A DNA stretch of 64,000 bases from Clostridia bacterium (lineage in GTDB: Bacteria; Bacillota; Clostridia; UBA1212; DUPL01): positions 86,190 through 150,189 of the forward strand of contig JBMNIW010000011.1 of the NCBI GenBank assembly GCA_050951325.1, given 5' to 3'. The position numbers were made by a program, and so were the translations under genes. The notes beneath the pieces are model-generated. The model ran no database searches. It was given only the letters and a program-made list of their open reading frames with translations, and was not told where the DNA came from. The first letter of the stretch is position 1. Each line of letters starts with the position of its first letter. This document shows, piece by piece, positions 28,245-38,241 of the stretch.

Positions 28245-30116
28245 TTAGTCTTTGTTATTCATGATGATCTTCAACGCTTCCTCTACGGGTAAAGGTTGAT
28301 AATAGTAGTATCCTTGAATGGCATCGCACCCCAGTTCAATAAGATTTTGAACAGTATCCAGGGTTTCAGCACCTTCTCCAAAAACGGTCATGCTCATCTC
28401 ATGGCATATATCAATAATACCTTTGACCACTACTTTTCCTCTTTCCGTTTCAACTCTGTTTATAAGTTTTCTATCAATTTTCAGACCTTCAAACTCATAT
28501 TCGTACAAATCATCAAAAGAGGAGCCATAACCGAAATCATCCAGAACCACATGAATGCCGTCCTCCTTGATTCGCCTCAAGTTCTCATATGTTTTTGACA
28601 TGTCCTTTTGCAGATAGCTCTCCGTAACTTCAAGTATAAGGGTGTCGTGTTTGAAATTATGTTCATTTATTATACTCGTAACAGTTTCTACAAGTTTTTC
28701 GGACTCCAGAGTCTTCCTGGACAGATTAAAGGAAATAAAGAAGTCATCTATTCCTTGCTGATACAGATACTCAAGCAAAGAGCAGGTTCTATTCAGGATG
28801 TGGTAGTCAAGAATGGATGCCTTTCCTTCCCTCTCCAGTGCGTGAACAAATCTTTCAGGGAGAAGAATTCCCAGTCTTGGGTGGTGCCATCTGGCAAGAG
28901 CTTCAGCTCCAACGATTGAGTTGCTTTTGGGATCCACAAAGAAATGAAGGTAAAGCTTTATTTCTTCATTATAAATTGCCCTTTCAAAATTTTTCAAAAC
29001 TTCGGATTCTTCTTCCAGAGTATTAGCAATACTGTTGGAAAAGAAAGAATACTCTTTATCATTTCTTGCAGCATGCATGCACGCCTGCTCGGCTTTGAAC
29101 GCGATGTCCATTATGTCTTCATTGTGACTTTCCATGTTGCACACACCTGCATAAAAACAACTTGTTGCACCAGCCTGCCCTGCAATAAGATTATTAACCT
29201 TTTCTATGACAGAGGATAAAAATTGCTCCAGCTTAATATCACTGACACACATTTTAAGCATTAAAAAGGCATCGTCCTTTGCCCTTACCAGCAGATCGTA
29301 CTCTCCTTCATGGTCCGTCAGTACTCCTGCAGTTTTCTTGAGGATGTTGTCAATTTCACTACGGGAGCATAGTTCACCCAGCTTCCTCAGATCTATCCTG
29401 TAGTAAATGGCCTTGTATAGTACACAATTGTGTCTATTGACAATTTTTCTGTATATTCCCTCAAGTCCTGCCATGTTCACCATGTTTGTCAGAGAATCTG
29501 TTTCCAGAAACTTTTTTAAATTCCTGTACTTGCTACCTGTTACCAGAACAACAATAACAAGTGATGCAAGAAGAGCAAAGACAATGCTACCTGCTATCAT
29601 CTTGACAAGTGTGTTATTTCTAGCCTGGAATGAGTCAATACTTTCTAGCATTAGTCCATTCATCTTCTTCTCACTGATGTTGGATAGATATTCGGAAAGA
29701 GAGTTTGCCAGGTTATCATCCACAATTTCCGTAAGAAGAATGCGTATCTCTTTGTCTATACCCTGTCTTTCCGCACGAATAACCGTTATTCCTGCATTCC
29801 ATAACTCCTCGTCAAATCCGTCCTGCAGTTGACATCCTGAAACAAGCTCCACCTGCAGATTCTTCAACAGGTACTTTCTGTTGTCTTCTTCTCCCGGACG
29901 CAAATAGACGATTTCATACTGTGAGTTGTCCGAGAACTCTTTCAGAAGCTGCGGAATAACCCCTTTATATTCTTTATCCTTTGAGTCATAGTACTCAATT
30001 GGATAAAGATTCGGATTTCCCGCCACATACACCAGGGTTTTCTCCGCACCCCAAGTATCAGAAACCATTACAGTCAGCAATACAATTGCAATAATCAGTG
30101 CTGAAATTCTTTTCAT
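28245..30116 (-). CDS. Membrane-bound c-di-GMP phosphodiesterase (SBP-like sensor, degenerate GGDEF, EAL)
   Basis: YVAGNPNLYPIEY...YKGVIP (SBP_bac_3-like), TM helix, DSLTNMVN with GGDEF replaced by AKDDAF, then EALARW, SFN, LEVTE, LDDFG, LKID, EGAET, IQGYYY. Confidence 0.88.
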   Translation of the reverse strand: MKRISALIIAIVLLTVMVSDTWGAEKTLVYVAGNPNLYPIEYYDSKDKEYKGVIPQLLKEFSDNSQYEIVYLRPGEEDNRKYLLKNLQVELVSGCQLQDGFDEELWNAGITVIRAERQGIDKEIRILLTEIVDDNLANSLSEYLSNISEKKMNGLMLESIDSFQARNNTLVKMIAGSIVFALLASLVIVVLVTGSKYRNLKKFLETDSLTNMVNMAGLEGIYRKIVNRHNCVLYKAIYYRIDLRKLGELCSRSEIDNILKKTAGVLTDHEGEYDLLVRAKDDAFLMLKMCVSDIKLEQFLSSVIEKVNNLIAGQAGATSCFYAGVCNMESHNEDIMDIAFKAEQACMHAARNDKEYSFFSNSIANTLEEESEVLKNFERAIYNEEIKLYLHFFVDPKSNSIVGAEALARWHHPRLGILLPERFVHALEREGKASILDYHILNRTCSLLEYLYQQGIDDFFISFNLSRKTLESEKLVETVTSIINEHNFKHDTLILEVTESYLQKDMSKTYENLRRIKEDGIHVVLDDFGYGSSFDDLYEYEFEGLKIDRKLINRVETERGKVVVKGIIDICHEMSMTVFGEGAETLDTVQNLIELGCDAIQGYYYYQPLPVEEALKIIMNNKD

Positions 30117-30625
30117 ACACCCACCATCGTTTTCTTTTTCTTAAACAAGGTCAGCCTTTCTTTGGGCTCCGGTTCACTTATTTCCATCTCACTCTTAATA
30201 TCATGCATGTCTTCAAGCTTTTCATTTAATTCTTTGTCAAACTTCTCAAGAAGATTCCTTATATCCTCCCGTATACAACTTATTGATTCTTCATAAGATT
30301 CAAGCCTTTTCTTCTCCAAGCCATACTTTGACCTTAGTTTGGCTCTCATATCCTGTTCCATCTCATGTGTATCCTTCTTAATTTGAGATGCAAAATTTCT
30401 TGCTTCAACAATTGTCATAGATATAGCTTTCTGTACACTTTTCAATTCCTCGTTCTCCATCTCCAGCTCAATAATTCTCTGCTTAAGTTCCATGATTTCC
30501 TTTTTGTGAAGCTCTTCCTTTTCTTGAATTCTTTGCTCATACTTCTCGTTGAGTTTCATTACGTACCGGTATACACTCTCTTTGTTGTAGCCAAACAATC
30601 CTTTCTTCAGCTCGCTTAACAGCAT
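30113..30625 (-). CDS. DivIVA-like coiled-coil protein
   Basis: N-terminal LKKGLFGYNKESVYRYV resembles the DivIVA/GpsB membrane-binding motif; the rest is coiled coil (ISMTIVEARNFASQIK). Confidence 0.6.
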   Translation of the reverse strand: MLLSELKKGLFGYNKESVYRYVMKLNEKYEQRIQEKEELHKKEIMELKQRIIELEMENEELKSVQKAISMTIVEARNFASQIKKDTHEMEQDMRAKLRSKYGLEKKRLESYEESISCIREDIRNLLEKFDKELNEKLEDMHDIKSEMEISEPEPKERLTLFKKKKTMVGV

Positions 30626-30640
30626 GATTTCATCCCCCCA

Positions 30641-32053
30641 TCAGTTGTAGTCGATTTTCTTTCTCTCGATTCTTCCCCAAGTCCTTTTTACTTTGCGATA
30701 CCTGTTAATGGCAGTCATCCTCACCCATGAGATTATGAATCTCAGGAAGGACACTTCCACAACACTTAACAGGATTGCTTTACATGCATCTCTAAATCCT
30801 ATTTTAAGATTGATGGTTTGAACTCTTGAAAAAAAGGCTGTCAATGACAATATTGCTGCATAAAGAGCATATACAAGAAGAAACAGTATCATGAACCTTG
30901 TGTTCAATATGCCAACGACACCAGCCAGGAATATTGAAATCACTCCAAACACCTCAATGTATGGAGAAAGCAGCTCGTATATAAGAAAGTAGAGGTAAGA
31001 TACAAAACTCAACAACCCATATCCGGGGTTGAAGAACATTGTCTTATGAGTCATAAGGCTTTGAAGCAGACCAATCTGCCACCTTCTCCTCTGCTGCATA
31101 AGGTCCTTCATCTTTTCAGGTACCTGACTCCAACAGATGGCATCAGTCGCGTATCTTACCTGATAGTCAATATTGTGCTTCCTACAATACACATGAAGCT
31201 TTACCACCAGTTCCATGTCCTCTCCCAGAGTCCTGTCGTCATAACCTCCTGCAGCAATCACCACATCCTTCTTAAAGAGTCCGAAAGCTCCGGATATGAT
31301 CATGCTCCCGTTGAACTTGTCGAAAAATATTCTTGCAGCCAGAAACGATCTGTCATATTCCAGGACCTGCATGCATGCAAGCATGTTTTTAGGGAGTTTG
31401 AAGTCAACAACATGCCCGTCCACCAGTATTGCACCATTGCTAGGTCTAACAGCGCTGCCTACAGCAATTACTTTGTCGCTCATCAGTATCGGCTTAACTA
31501 TTTTTTCCAAAGAATCATACTGAAGTATTGAGTCTGCATCTATGCAAATAAAGTATGGGTAATTCGAAGAATTTATGCCCATGTTTAGAGCATCCGCCTT
31601 GCCTCCATTTACTTTCTTAATCAAGGTTATCGGAACTTTATACATATGGGTTTCATATACAAACACTTCAGGCTGGCATTCTATCTGAATCCTGATAGGC
31701 TTTTTTATCTTCTTCATGGAAAACTTTTCAATAAGGACTTCCGAAGTCAAATCGGTGGAACCGTCGTCAATAACGATAATCTCATACAACCCGTAGTCAA
31801 GAGCAAGAAGAGACTGTACCGTGGATACAATAGTCACTTCTTCATTGTGTGCGGGAACAAGTATGCTTATTGGTATGTACTGCGCATTGTCAAGCTCGTT
31901 TCTAAGAACATTCTGCCTTCTGTTTTGATATAGAGTGGTGGAACCCACTATAACCGAAAGAAACATGAATGTGGAATATCCAACAAGGTATATTATGAAA
32001 AAAAGCGCTATGTAATCGTATATCAGTTTAATAATATCAATATAGTTTTCCAT
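30641..32053 (-). CDS. Processive GT2 polysaccharide synthase (cellulose/PNAG synthase-like)
   Basis: DDGSTD, NGGKADALN, IDADS, GED and QRRRW motifs; N- and C-terminal TM helices. Confidence 0.92.
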   Translation of the reverse strand: MENYIDIIKLIYDYIALFFIIYLVGYSTFMFLSVIVGSTTLYQNRRQNVLRNELDNAQYIPISILVPAHNEEVTIVSTVQSLLALDYGLYEIIVIDDGSTDLTSEVLIEKFSMKKIKKPIRIQIECQPEVFVYETHMYKVPITLIKKVNGGKADALNMGINSSNYPYFICIDADSILQYDSLEKIVKPILMSDKVIAVGSAVRPSNGAILVDGHVVDFKLPKNMLACMQVLEYDRSFLAARIFFDKFNGSMIISGAFGLFKKDVVIAAGGYDDRTLGEDMELVVKLHVYCRKHNIDYQVRYATDAICWSQVPEKMKDLMQQRRRWQIGLLQSLMTHKTMFFNPGYGLLSFVSYLYFLIYELLSPYIEVFGVISIFLAGVVGILNTRFMILFLLVYALYAAILSLTAFFSRVQTINLKIGFRDACKAILLSVVEVSFLRFIISWVRMTAINRYRKVKRTWGRIERKKIDYN

Positions 32054-33174
32054 TAATTCACCACCTTGCTGTTACCATTGCTAATATTTGTCTCAATGCG
32101 ATACATTAGCATCTCTCTTGCATACTTGTCATATCCGTTTATTATATCAATGAGATTCAAATACTCCACTCCCAGAGACTTGAGGCTCTTTGCGGCATTG
32201 TACCTTACATGCCAGTTTGTGCTTTTCAATGCCTGCTTCAATGCATCAATCGATTCCTGCTCCCGGTAGCTGCCAAGACTCACCGCACTTATGGCTGCAT
32301 ATTCCCAGTTGTCTTCCGAGTTTTTAACGAAGTTTATTAAAAGGGGCAGACTTGGCTTATACGCATGTCTCCCAAAGTATCGAATAGCCGAAAAGTGCAG
32401 TTCCTTGTTAACAGACTCATCCTTTAGTATTCCCAGCATCTCCTCGTTGTAGCTTGAACTTACAAACCTTATGTAATTGAGAATAACCAACTTGATTTCA
32501 TCACTGAAACCATCAAGGTTGTCATACAGGATTCTGGTTAGATTTTCGTGGTCTCCAGTGAACTCGATTAGCATGTTTGTCAGTAGCTTTCCATGTATGT
32601 ACAGTTTTCTTCTGTCAATTATCTTCAACGCTAAAAGAACTTTTTCCTCATTACCGAAACTTATGAGTGCCTTTAGTGTATTCTGTCTTGTGTAGATACT
32701 GTCAAACTTCAAATATGCAAGCATTACCTCACCTATGGGATCGATAGGAAGGTCTTTTGCTATTCTGTACTTGCCAAGTACATGTGCAAGATATGCAGCT
32801 TTAATTGAATCCTTCTCAAGGTATTCAAAACCCAGGTGTATAAAAACCGAGTAAATCTCCTTGATGTATTCTTGCGCCAGTTCTGGTTTGTCCTGAAATG
32901 CTCTTTCCAACGCCCTGTCAAAAACCAAAAGATTGCCGACATGCACCAATGTCCTTTTCAAATATTTTTCATGGTACATGCATACAGGTTTTGATATGGC
33001 AATTTCATCCATCTGACATTTTATTTCATTGTACATTTTTACACTTCTTTTGCTTCTGCTTTTCTCCCGGTACCTGATTGCTACAGCGCAATATATGTTG
33101 AATAATATCATGGATACGCATATGATTAAATAACTGTATACCAGTATAAGAATATCCAACTCTACTCCTCCCAA
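32053..33174 (-). CDS. Membrane-anchored HEAT-repeat protein
   Basis: N-terminal TM helix; repeats such as SIDALKQALKSTNWHVRYNAAKSL. Confidence 0.85.
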   Translation of the reverse strand: MGGVELDILILVYSYLIICVSMILFNIYCAVAIRYREKSRSKRSVKMYNEIKCQMDEIAISKPVCMYHEKYLKRTLVHVGNLLVFDRALERAFQDKPELAQEYIKEIYSVFIHLGFEYLEKDSIKAAYLAHVLGKYRIAKDLPIDPIGEVMLAYLKFDSIYTRQNTLKALISFGNEEKVLLALKIIDRRKLYIHGKLLTNMLIEFTGDHENLTRILYDNLDGFSDEIKLVILNYIRFVSSSYNEEMLGILKDESVNKELHFSAIRYFGRHAYKPSLPLLINFVKNSEDNWEYAAISAVSLGSYREQESIDALKQALKSTNWHVRYNAAKSLKSLGVEYLNLIDIINGYDKYAREMLMYRIETNISNGNSKVVN

Positions 33175-33177
33175 ACC

Positions 33178-35301
33178 TTATGAATTTCTCCAATACTCCT
33201 GAAGTATGTAATATGAGGATTTAAGCCTTTCATGCCATGTTACCTTCTTACCCCATCCTTTCAGTTTGTACTCTCCCATTGGAATCCTCTCAGTGGAATC
33301 ACCAACGCCCACGTACATTCTGTCTATGGTAATATATTCAACTCCGTAGTGTTCGTAATAGTCGTCATGTATCTTCATCTCTGAAGGGTTTGCAAAGTTC
33401 AGAATCTGCCAGGGTAGTTTAAGCTCTATGTACTCCCCGTTGAAAATGTAATCTGCAAGGGAGTTGAAATCCTCTGATATAGGATTTGCATTTCCATAAA
33501 TGAGATGACCGGTTTCATACACCTCTGCCGGAGCATCAATATCGTCTGTAAGGAGGACCGTGGCCGTTTGCAGCATCAAGTTTATCTCCTTGAACATAGG
33601 AGTGTTTTTATCGATAATGTTCACATATGGGTCCTTTTTATGTGTTTCATGATAGTACATCGCTCTTAATACCTCATATCTCTCCTGAACCAGCACCCTT
33701 GAATTTTCATAGCCATCAATTACGATCACGAAATCACTTTCCCTTTCAAATTTAAGGTTGTAATTCAGACAATAATTACTTCCGGTTTTGGGTGTCGTAT
33801 CGATGGGAATGTATATCTTGTCCGTTTCAGGATTGAACCTGGGTTTATGTATGAGAAAGTATATGAACCGCTCATCATACATCATTGACAAACTCATGTT
33901 TTTGTTTTTACATACAATATGAGAGTCCTTCCATTCACTGATGTCTCCATCAACATAACATATGCTTTTTTCATCACCAGGATCAAACGACAGAAGACCG
34001 AAGTACTGCTCGTTTGTTTGATAGTCGCTCCAGTATGGGGTTTTATGCAAATCAACCGCATGCATGGTGTTCCAGGTTCTTTTGAACCATTCATCCTGCC
34101 ATGTAAAAACACAACCACCTGCAGCCCCTGCTTCCCTTATATCCTCAAAACAACGAACCAAAGCTTTTCCCTGATCTTTTTCAGACATGTATCCCTGGTT
34201 TCTGCCTGTATTTCTGTCCTTCTGCGCCATACCTCTACCTGTTGACACACCGAACTCGGCAATCACTACAGGTATGGCATGGTGCTCTACCAGCATTTTC
34301 AGATATGCAAGGTATGTGTTCAGTTCACCTTTTTCATCGATGAAACCGCTTTGGTCATCAAAATAAGCAAGATAATCCGGATAGTAAGGATATACATGAT
34401 ATGAGGCAAAAAAACCGGAAATAAACTTATCAGTAGTCCTTATGTTTTCAACATCAACCTTGGCACATTTCATGAAGAAACTTTCAATATCCTTTGGATA
34501 ATCAAACGGATCAGTGGTTGGCCAGTTAGTGAAAGCCACAAGTCTTTGCTGCTTGTATCTGACTGTCTCATACTCAATAATTTTATCTCCCACCTCGGCA
34601 AGAAGGGCTTCAAAGGGCGATGCATTTTCATCAGTGTACATATATTTACCCTGGTATCTGTTCCTCTCGGGATATTTTCTGTTTGTATACTCAACCGTTA
34701 CATCCTCCCACTCGACACCCAGGATATAACCTATCACCCATTGTGATATGTCCTTTAGATATCTGCCGGACCCGTAGGACGAGTTGTTGTATATCTTCTT
34801 ATTCCCATGAATTATGTCCACCACTGTTTTACAGTCAGATATGAACTTTTTTCTAAAGTCATCATGAAATGCATCCCGGCGGGAATTCTGAACATAGTCG
34901 TTGACCCACACTCCCTGAATCAGATACAAAGGGTCTTCCCTGTCTTTGTTGAACTCATAAAAGGCATTGTAAAAATCATCGTGCAGAACAGTGTACACCC
35001 TGATTGTGTTGGCACCCATATCCTTGATGTATTCAAACCATCTGATAAAAGTCTCTTTATCTATGGCGTAATCCGTAGCCCATTTACCCGGAATTCCAAG
35101 ACCCATGTTGACACCCTTTATTTCAAGTATCTCATACACTCCATCCTTGTTTATGTATATATTTTGGCCCTCCGTTTTTATAAAGGTCTCCGGTGGTTTG
35201 TTCGGATTGAAATCGATATATATACCCCATCTGTAATAAGCCATATCTGAGAGAACAAGCAAAAACACCACCAGGGATACAATAATTATGAATTTCTTCA
35301 T
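33178..35301 (-). CDS. Secreted clan GH-A-like (GH2/GH5-like) glycoside hydrolase
   Basis: Start MKKFIII at 35301 behind GGAGGG; IKGVNMG, MGANTIRVYT, LGVEWE (acid/base position), YHVYPYYP, VIAEFG (nucleophile position), FTWQDEW, NEQYFGL. Confidence 0.75.
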   Translation of the reverse strand: MKKFIIIVSLVVFLLVLSDMAYYRWGIYIDFNPNKPPETFIKTEGQNIYINKDGVYEILEIKGVNMGLGIPGKWATDYAIDKETFIRWFEYIKDMGANTIRVYTVLHDDFYNAFYEFNKDREDPLYLIQGVWVNDYVQNSRRDAFHDDFRKKFISDCKTVVDIIHGNKKIYNNSSYGSGRYLKDISQWVIGYILGVEWEDVTVEYTNRKYPERNRYQGKYMYTDENASPFEALLAEVGDKIIEYETVRYKQQRLVAFTNWPTTDPFDYPKDIESFFMKCAKVDVENIRTTDKFISGFFASYHVYPYYPDYLAYFDDQSGFIDEKGELNTYLAYLKMLVEHHAIPVVIAEFGVSTGRGMAQKDRNTGRNQGYMSEKDQGKALVRCFEDIREAGAAGGCVFTWQDEWFKRTWNTMHAVDLHKTPYWSDYQTNEQYFGLLSFDPGDEKSICYVDGDISEWKDSHIVCKNKNMSLSMMYDERFIYFLIHKPRFNPETDKIYIPIDTTPKTGSNYCLNYNLKFERESDFVIVIDGYENSRVLVQERYEVLRAMYYHETHKKDPYVNIIDKNTPMFKEINLMLQTATVLLTDDIDAPAEVYETGHLIYGNANPISEDFNSLADYIFNGEYIELKLPWQILNFANPSEMKIHDDYYEHYGVEYITIDRMYVGVGDSTERIPMGEYKLKGWGKKVTWHERLKSSYYILQEYWRNS

Positions 35302-35323
35302 TTTTCGTGGTTCCCTCCTGCAG

Positions 35324-36787
35324 CTAGTGATTGAACTTCTTGACTTTTGACTCATGGCCATATTGCTTTATGACCTCAATATGCTCATCCAACCATGCTC
35401 CTCTTATCATAATATGTTGTCGCATAAGCATGACCGCCTCTCCGTGACTTTTGGGATTTCGATCCTCACCAGCAACCAGATCGAGATCAAACGAATATCC
35501 CCAAACATCGAAATTTCTAACGATGGCTTCTCCCAGATATTTGATAACACTGTCGATATAATTGGCAAGGTACTCGTCACTAAGGACCCATTTTCTTAAC
35601 TCTCTGTATCGGTCAATTACCTTGTTACAGAAATACTCATCCTTCATTAGCATGAAGTACCATACCTTGTTTGGAAAAGCGAACTTAAAAGGATCCAGGA
35701 TGTCGTCCTGATAGTTGTTATGGGCAGAGTTGAAGTCCCAGATTACAAACTTGTATTTACCTCCCACATCCTTGTAAATATATGTTGAATATGCCACCGC
35801 ATCGTAATTGCTGGTAAACTCGTTGATAATAAAATAATCGACAAATGAATCCACATCGACGTACTTACGGTAACCATGTTTCTTTGAATCATAATCGTAG
35901 GAGTACAGTGCTTTTTCAAAATCTGAAAACTCTCTTTCAATAACTGTTTTCATCTCCTGTGTAAGGGTTGATGCCCTTGGATACTCGACGTCTAAAACAT
36001 GGTAATTTCTGAGTGCGTAGTTTGTAAATGCAGTTATATTTTTAAATTCATTTGTACTGCCCCTGTCAAGCCTGATAACATAACCTGTCTTGCCTGTATT
36101 GCCTATCGGCTCAGACAACTTCAACCTTGCATTTTTCGAAGAAGTTATTGTCTCTGTCATCAAGTACAGACCTAGGTACTCTCCGTTCAGAATAACTTCA
36201 CAAAATCGAACATTTGGGGCGTAGTCCATTATCTCTCCTGCTATGTTGTACCACATGTAATTCCTTATCAATGTCTTGTCAAGATACGGACCATGCAGCA
36301 CCCATTCATAATGGGGCTCCATGCCCATTACTTTAACATGTTTGTAACCCTCTCCGTTAACAAATCGTATTAGATAGTTTTTCTTGTCGAAATGTCTCGA
36401 GGTGTTTCCTCTAATACGTATTAATGCAGTTGAATCTATTGCAGGTTCATCACCCGGATGATTGTAGCTCTTTTCATTGTCTATAATCCTTATGGAGCTC
36501 GCAAGCATCCTCTCCCCGTCTTCTGTTAATGTGTATTTGATTCTGCCATCTTCTTTATACACTTCTCCGGGTATGTCAATGCCGCTGGTGTCGATTATCA
36601 CCAGTGGCAGGTGGGTGCAGAGTTCTTCATCCGTGTGAAGACATGCCTCTGTCGGTTTGGGGTAATGAAGATGCTGATGTATTCGTTTTGAGCTCTTACC
36701 TTTGGACATGTTGTTTGCAAAGGCCGACACGAAAATGACAAGGACAAAAAGGACAAATGCAATCAGTTTTTTCTTCAATGCAATCAA
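35324..36787 (-). CDS. CotH-family extracellular kinase
   Basis: Signal peptide; IRGNTS, KKNY, DKTLIRN, YLGLYLMTE, SFVDYFIINE, IWDFN. Confidence 0.88.
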   Translation of the reverse strand: MIALKKKLIAFVLFVLVIFVSAFANNMSKGKSSKRIHQHLHYPKPTEACLHTDEELCTHLPLVIIDTSGIDIPGEVYKEDGRIKYTLTEDGERMLASSIRIIDNEKSYNHPGDEPAIDSTALIRIRGNTSRHFDKKNYLIRFVNGEGYKHVKVMGMEPHYEWVLHGPYLDKTLIRNYMWYNIAGEIMDYAPNVRFCEVILNGEYLGLYLMTETITSSKNARLKLSEPIGNTGKTGYVIRLDRGSTNEFKNITAFTNYALRNYHVLDVEYPRASTLTQEMKTVIEREFSDFEKALYSYDYDSKKHGYRKYVDVDSFVDYFIINEFTSNYDAVAYSTYIYKDVGGKYKFVIWDFNSAHNNYQDDILDPFKFAFPNKVWYFMLMKDEYFCNKVIDRYRELRKWVLSDEYLANYIDSVIKYLGEAIVRNFDVWGYSFDLDLVAGEDRNPKSHGEAVMLMRQHIMIRGAWLDEHIEVIKQYGHESKVKKFNH

Positions 36788-36792
36788 TCCTT

Positions 36793-37470
36793 TCAGCCTG
36801 AAATGTCTTCATTTTGAGCAATTATGTTTACATAGTCTACATTGCCAATCTCGTATATTGCATCCGTTATGCTCTTATCTTCTTTGTCGGAGTTTTTAAA
36901 GGTCTTCTTCGACATCTCGTAGATGTATTCAACTGTTTCTTTTCCTGTGTTTTTCGCCTTAAGGTTTGCCTTGTGCATGAAATATTGGAAAACCACAGCT
37001 TCGATTCTCTTCTCATTGGAACGTGACGCTCTAATGACCAATATTACACGATCATCATTTTTAAGTCTTCCAAAGAATAAAAGAATCAAGAACACAAGGA
37101 AGCTTCCCAATGACGCAACAATAAAATCACCCACTCCACAACATATGCCGACAATTATGGTCCAGAATATGAACACGGTATCTCTAGGATCCTTTATTGC
37201 GGTTCTGTATCTGACTATGGACAGTGCACCTACCATGCCTAAAGATAGGACAATATTGTTTCCTATAACCAACATTACCGTAGTGGTCAGCACGGTTAGC
37301 ACAACCAAGGATACATTGAACCTCCTGCTGTAAACACTCAAGTCATGAGAAAGCCAGTAGGTAAAATATATTATTATGGCAATTACTAGAGAAACCAGCA
37401 ATCTAAGCAGAATATCCGACGCTTCCAAACTGCCTGTCTGTTCAAACAACTGGTATATGTACTGTCTCAT
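36793..37470 (-). CDS. DUF4956 membrane protein
   Basis: IGNNIVLSLGMVGALSIVRYRTAIKDPRDTVFIFW. Confidence 0.92.
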   Translation of the reverse strand: MRQYIYQLFEQTGSLEASDILLRLLVSLVIAIIIYFTYWLSHDLSVYSRRFNVSLVVLTVLTTTVMLVIGNNIVLSLGMVGALSIVRYRTAIKDPRDTVFIFWTIIVGICCGVGDFIVASLGSFLVFLILLFFGRLKNDDRVILVIRASRSNEKRIEAVVFQYFMHKANLKAKNTGKETVEYIYEMSKKTFKNSDKEDKSITDAIYEIGNVDYVNIIAQNEDISG

Positions 37471-37502
37471 ATGTCACAATTCCTCTCCTTCGCTATATGT
37501 AT

Positions 37503-38186
37503 TTATCTTAAAATGACTCTTGCCATGCAATATTTGCTGATTGACAACTCCATTTTATTAGAAATGCTTGTAATGTCTTTAATGTAACCCGGTAGAAAAC
37601 CATTGAACTTTACTTCCAATATATCGTTGAATTTCTCCGCAACCGGATATAGAAGCAGATTTTCAGAAAACAGGTTATAACATGACTCAGTCGCTTTTAA
37701 ATCCGAGTCTATGGTTATGCGGACGTCATTTTCATTTGCAACGAATGCGGTTCTGTTATACTCAACTATGATTCTCGGCCGGTAACAGTATGTGTTTAAA
37801 ATGTAGAAGAGTTCTGTTGCAAGGCTTTCTTTATACTCAAGCAGAACATGATATTTCCCGCTGACTACTGCCTGAGCATCTTCCCTGCTGATAGCAAGGG
37901 ATCTTTTTCTCTGATACGAACCTTGCTTTTGCTTGATTTCAAATTTCGCAATTTCGCTGTCAGGACTGTACGTTCTTAACCTTATTTTGTGTCTATTAAA
38001 AACACCCATGTCCTTTTCCTGATAATCCTTGTCATATGGAGTGTCAAAGTACAACGTTCGAACCATGTAGCCTGTATCTTTATTATGCTTGTCTTCCATC
38101 ATTATTCTTTTCATTATGGCTATAAGTTTTGAAGATTCAATCTTGTTTATCTGATACTTCTTCTCCTGTCTTAATACTTCCTTCAA
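37503..38186 (-). CDS. VTC-domain (polyphosphate polymerase-like, CYTH superfamily) protein
   Basis: RQEKKY, YMVRTLYFDT, RHKIRLRTY, FEIKQK, YNRTAF, VRITID, ILEVKF, SISKY; TTG start at 38186 behind GGGAGG. Confidence 0.9.
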   Translation of the reverse strand: MKEVLRQEKKYQINKIESSKLIAIMKRIMMEDKHNKDTGYMVRTLYFDTPYDKDYQEKDMGVFNRHKIRLRTYSPDSEIAKFEIKQKQGSYQRKRSLAISREDAQAVVSGKYHVLLEYKESLATELFYILNTYCYRPRIIVEYNRTAFVANENDVRITIDSDLKATESCYNLFSENLLLYPVAEKFNDILEVKFNGFLPGYIKDITSISNKMELSISKYCMARVILR

Positions 38187-38205
38187 CTTAACAACCTCCC
38201 GAAAC

Positions 38206-38241
38206 AAAAAAAGACTGCAATTATTATTAAAATAATTGCAG
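38206..38241 (-). terminator. Riboswitch expression-platform terminator
   Basis: Minus strand CTGCAATTATT-TTAAT-AATAATTGCAG-TCTTTTTTT; its 5' arm overlaps the 3' end of the aptamer. Confidence 0.85.
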
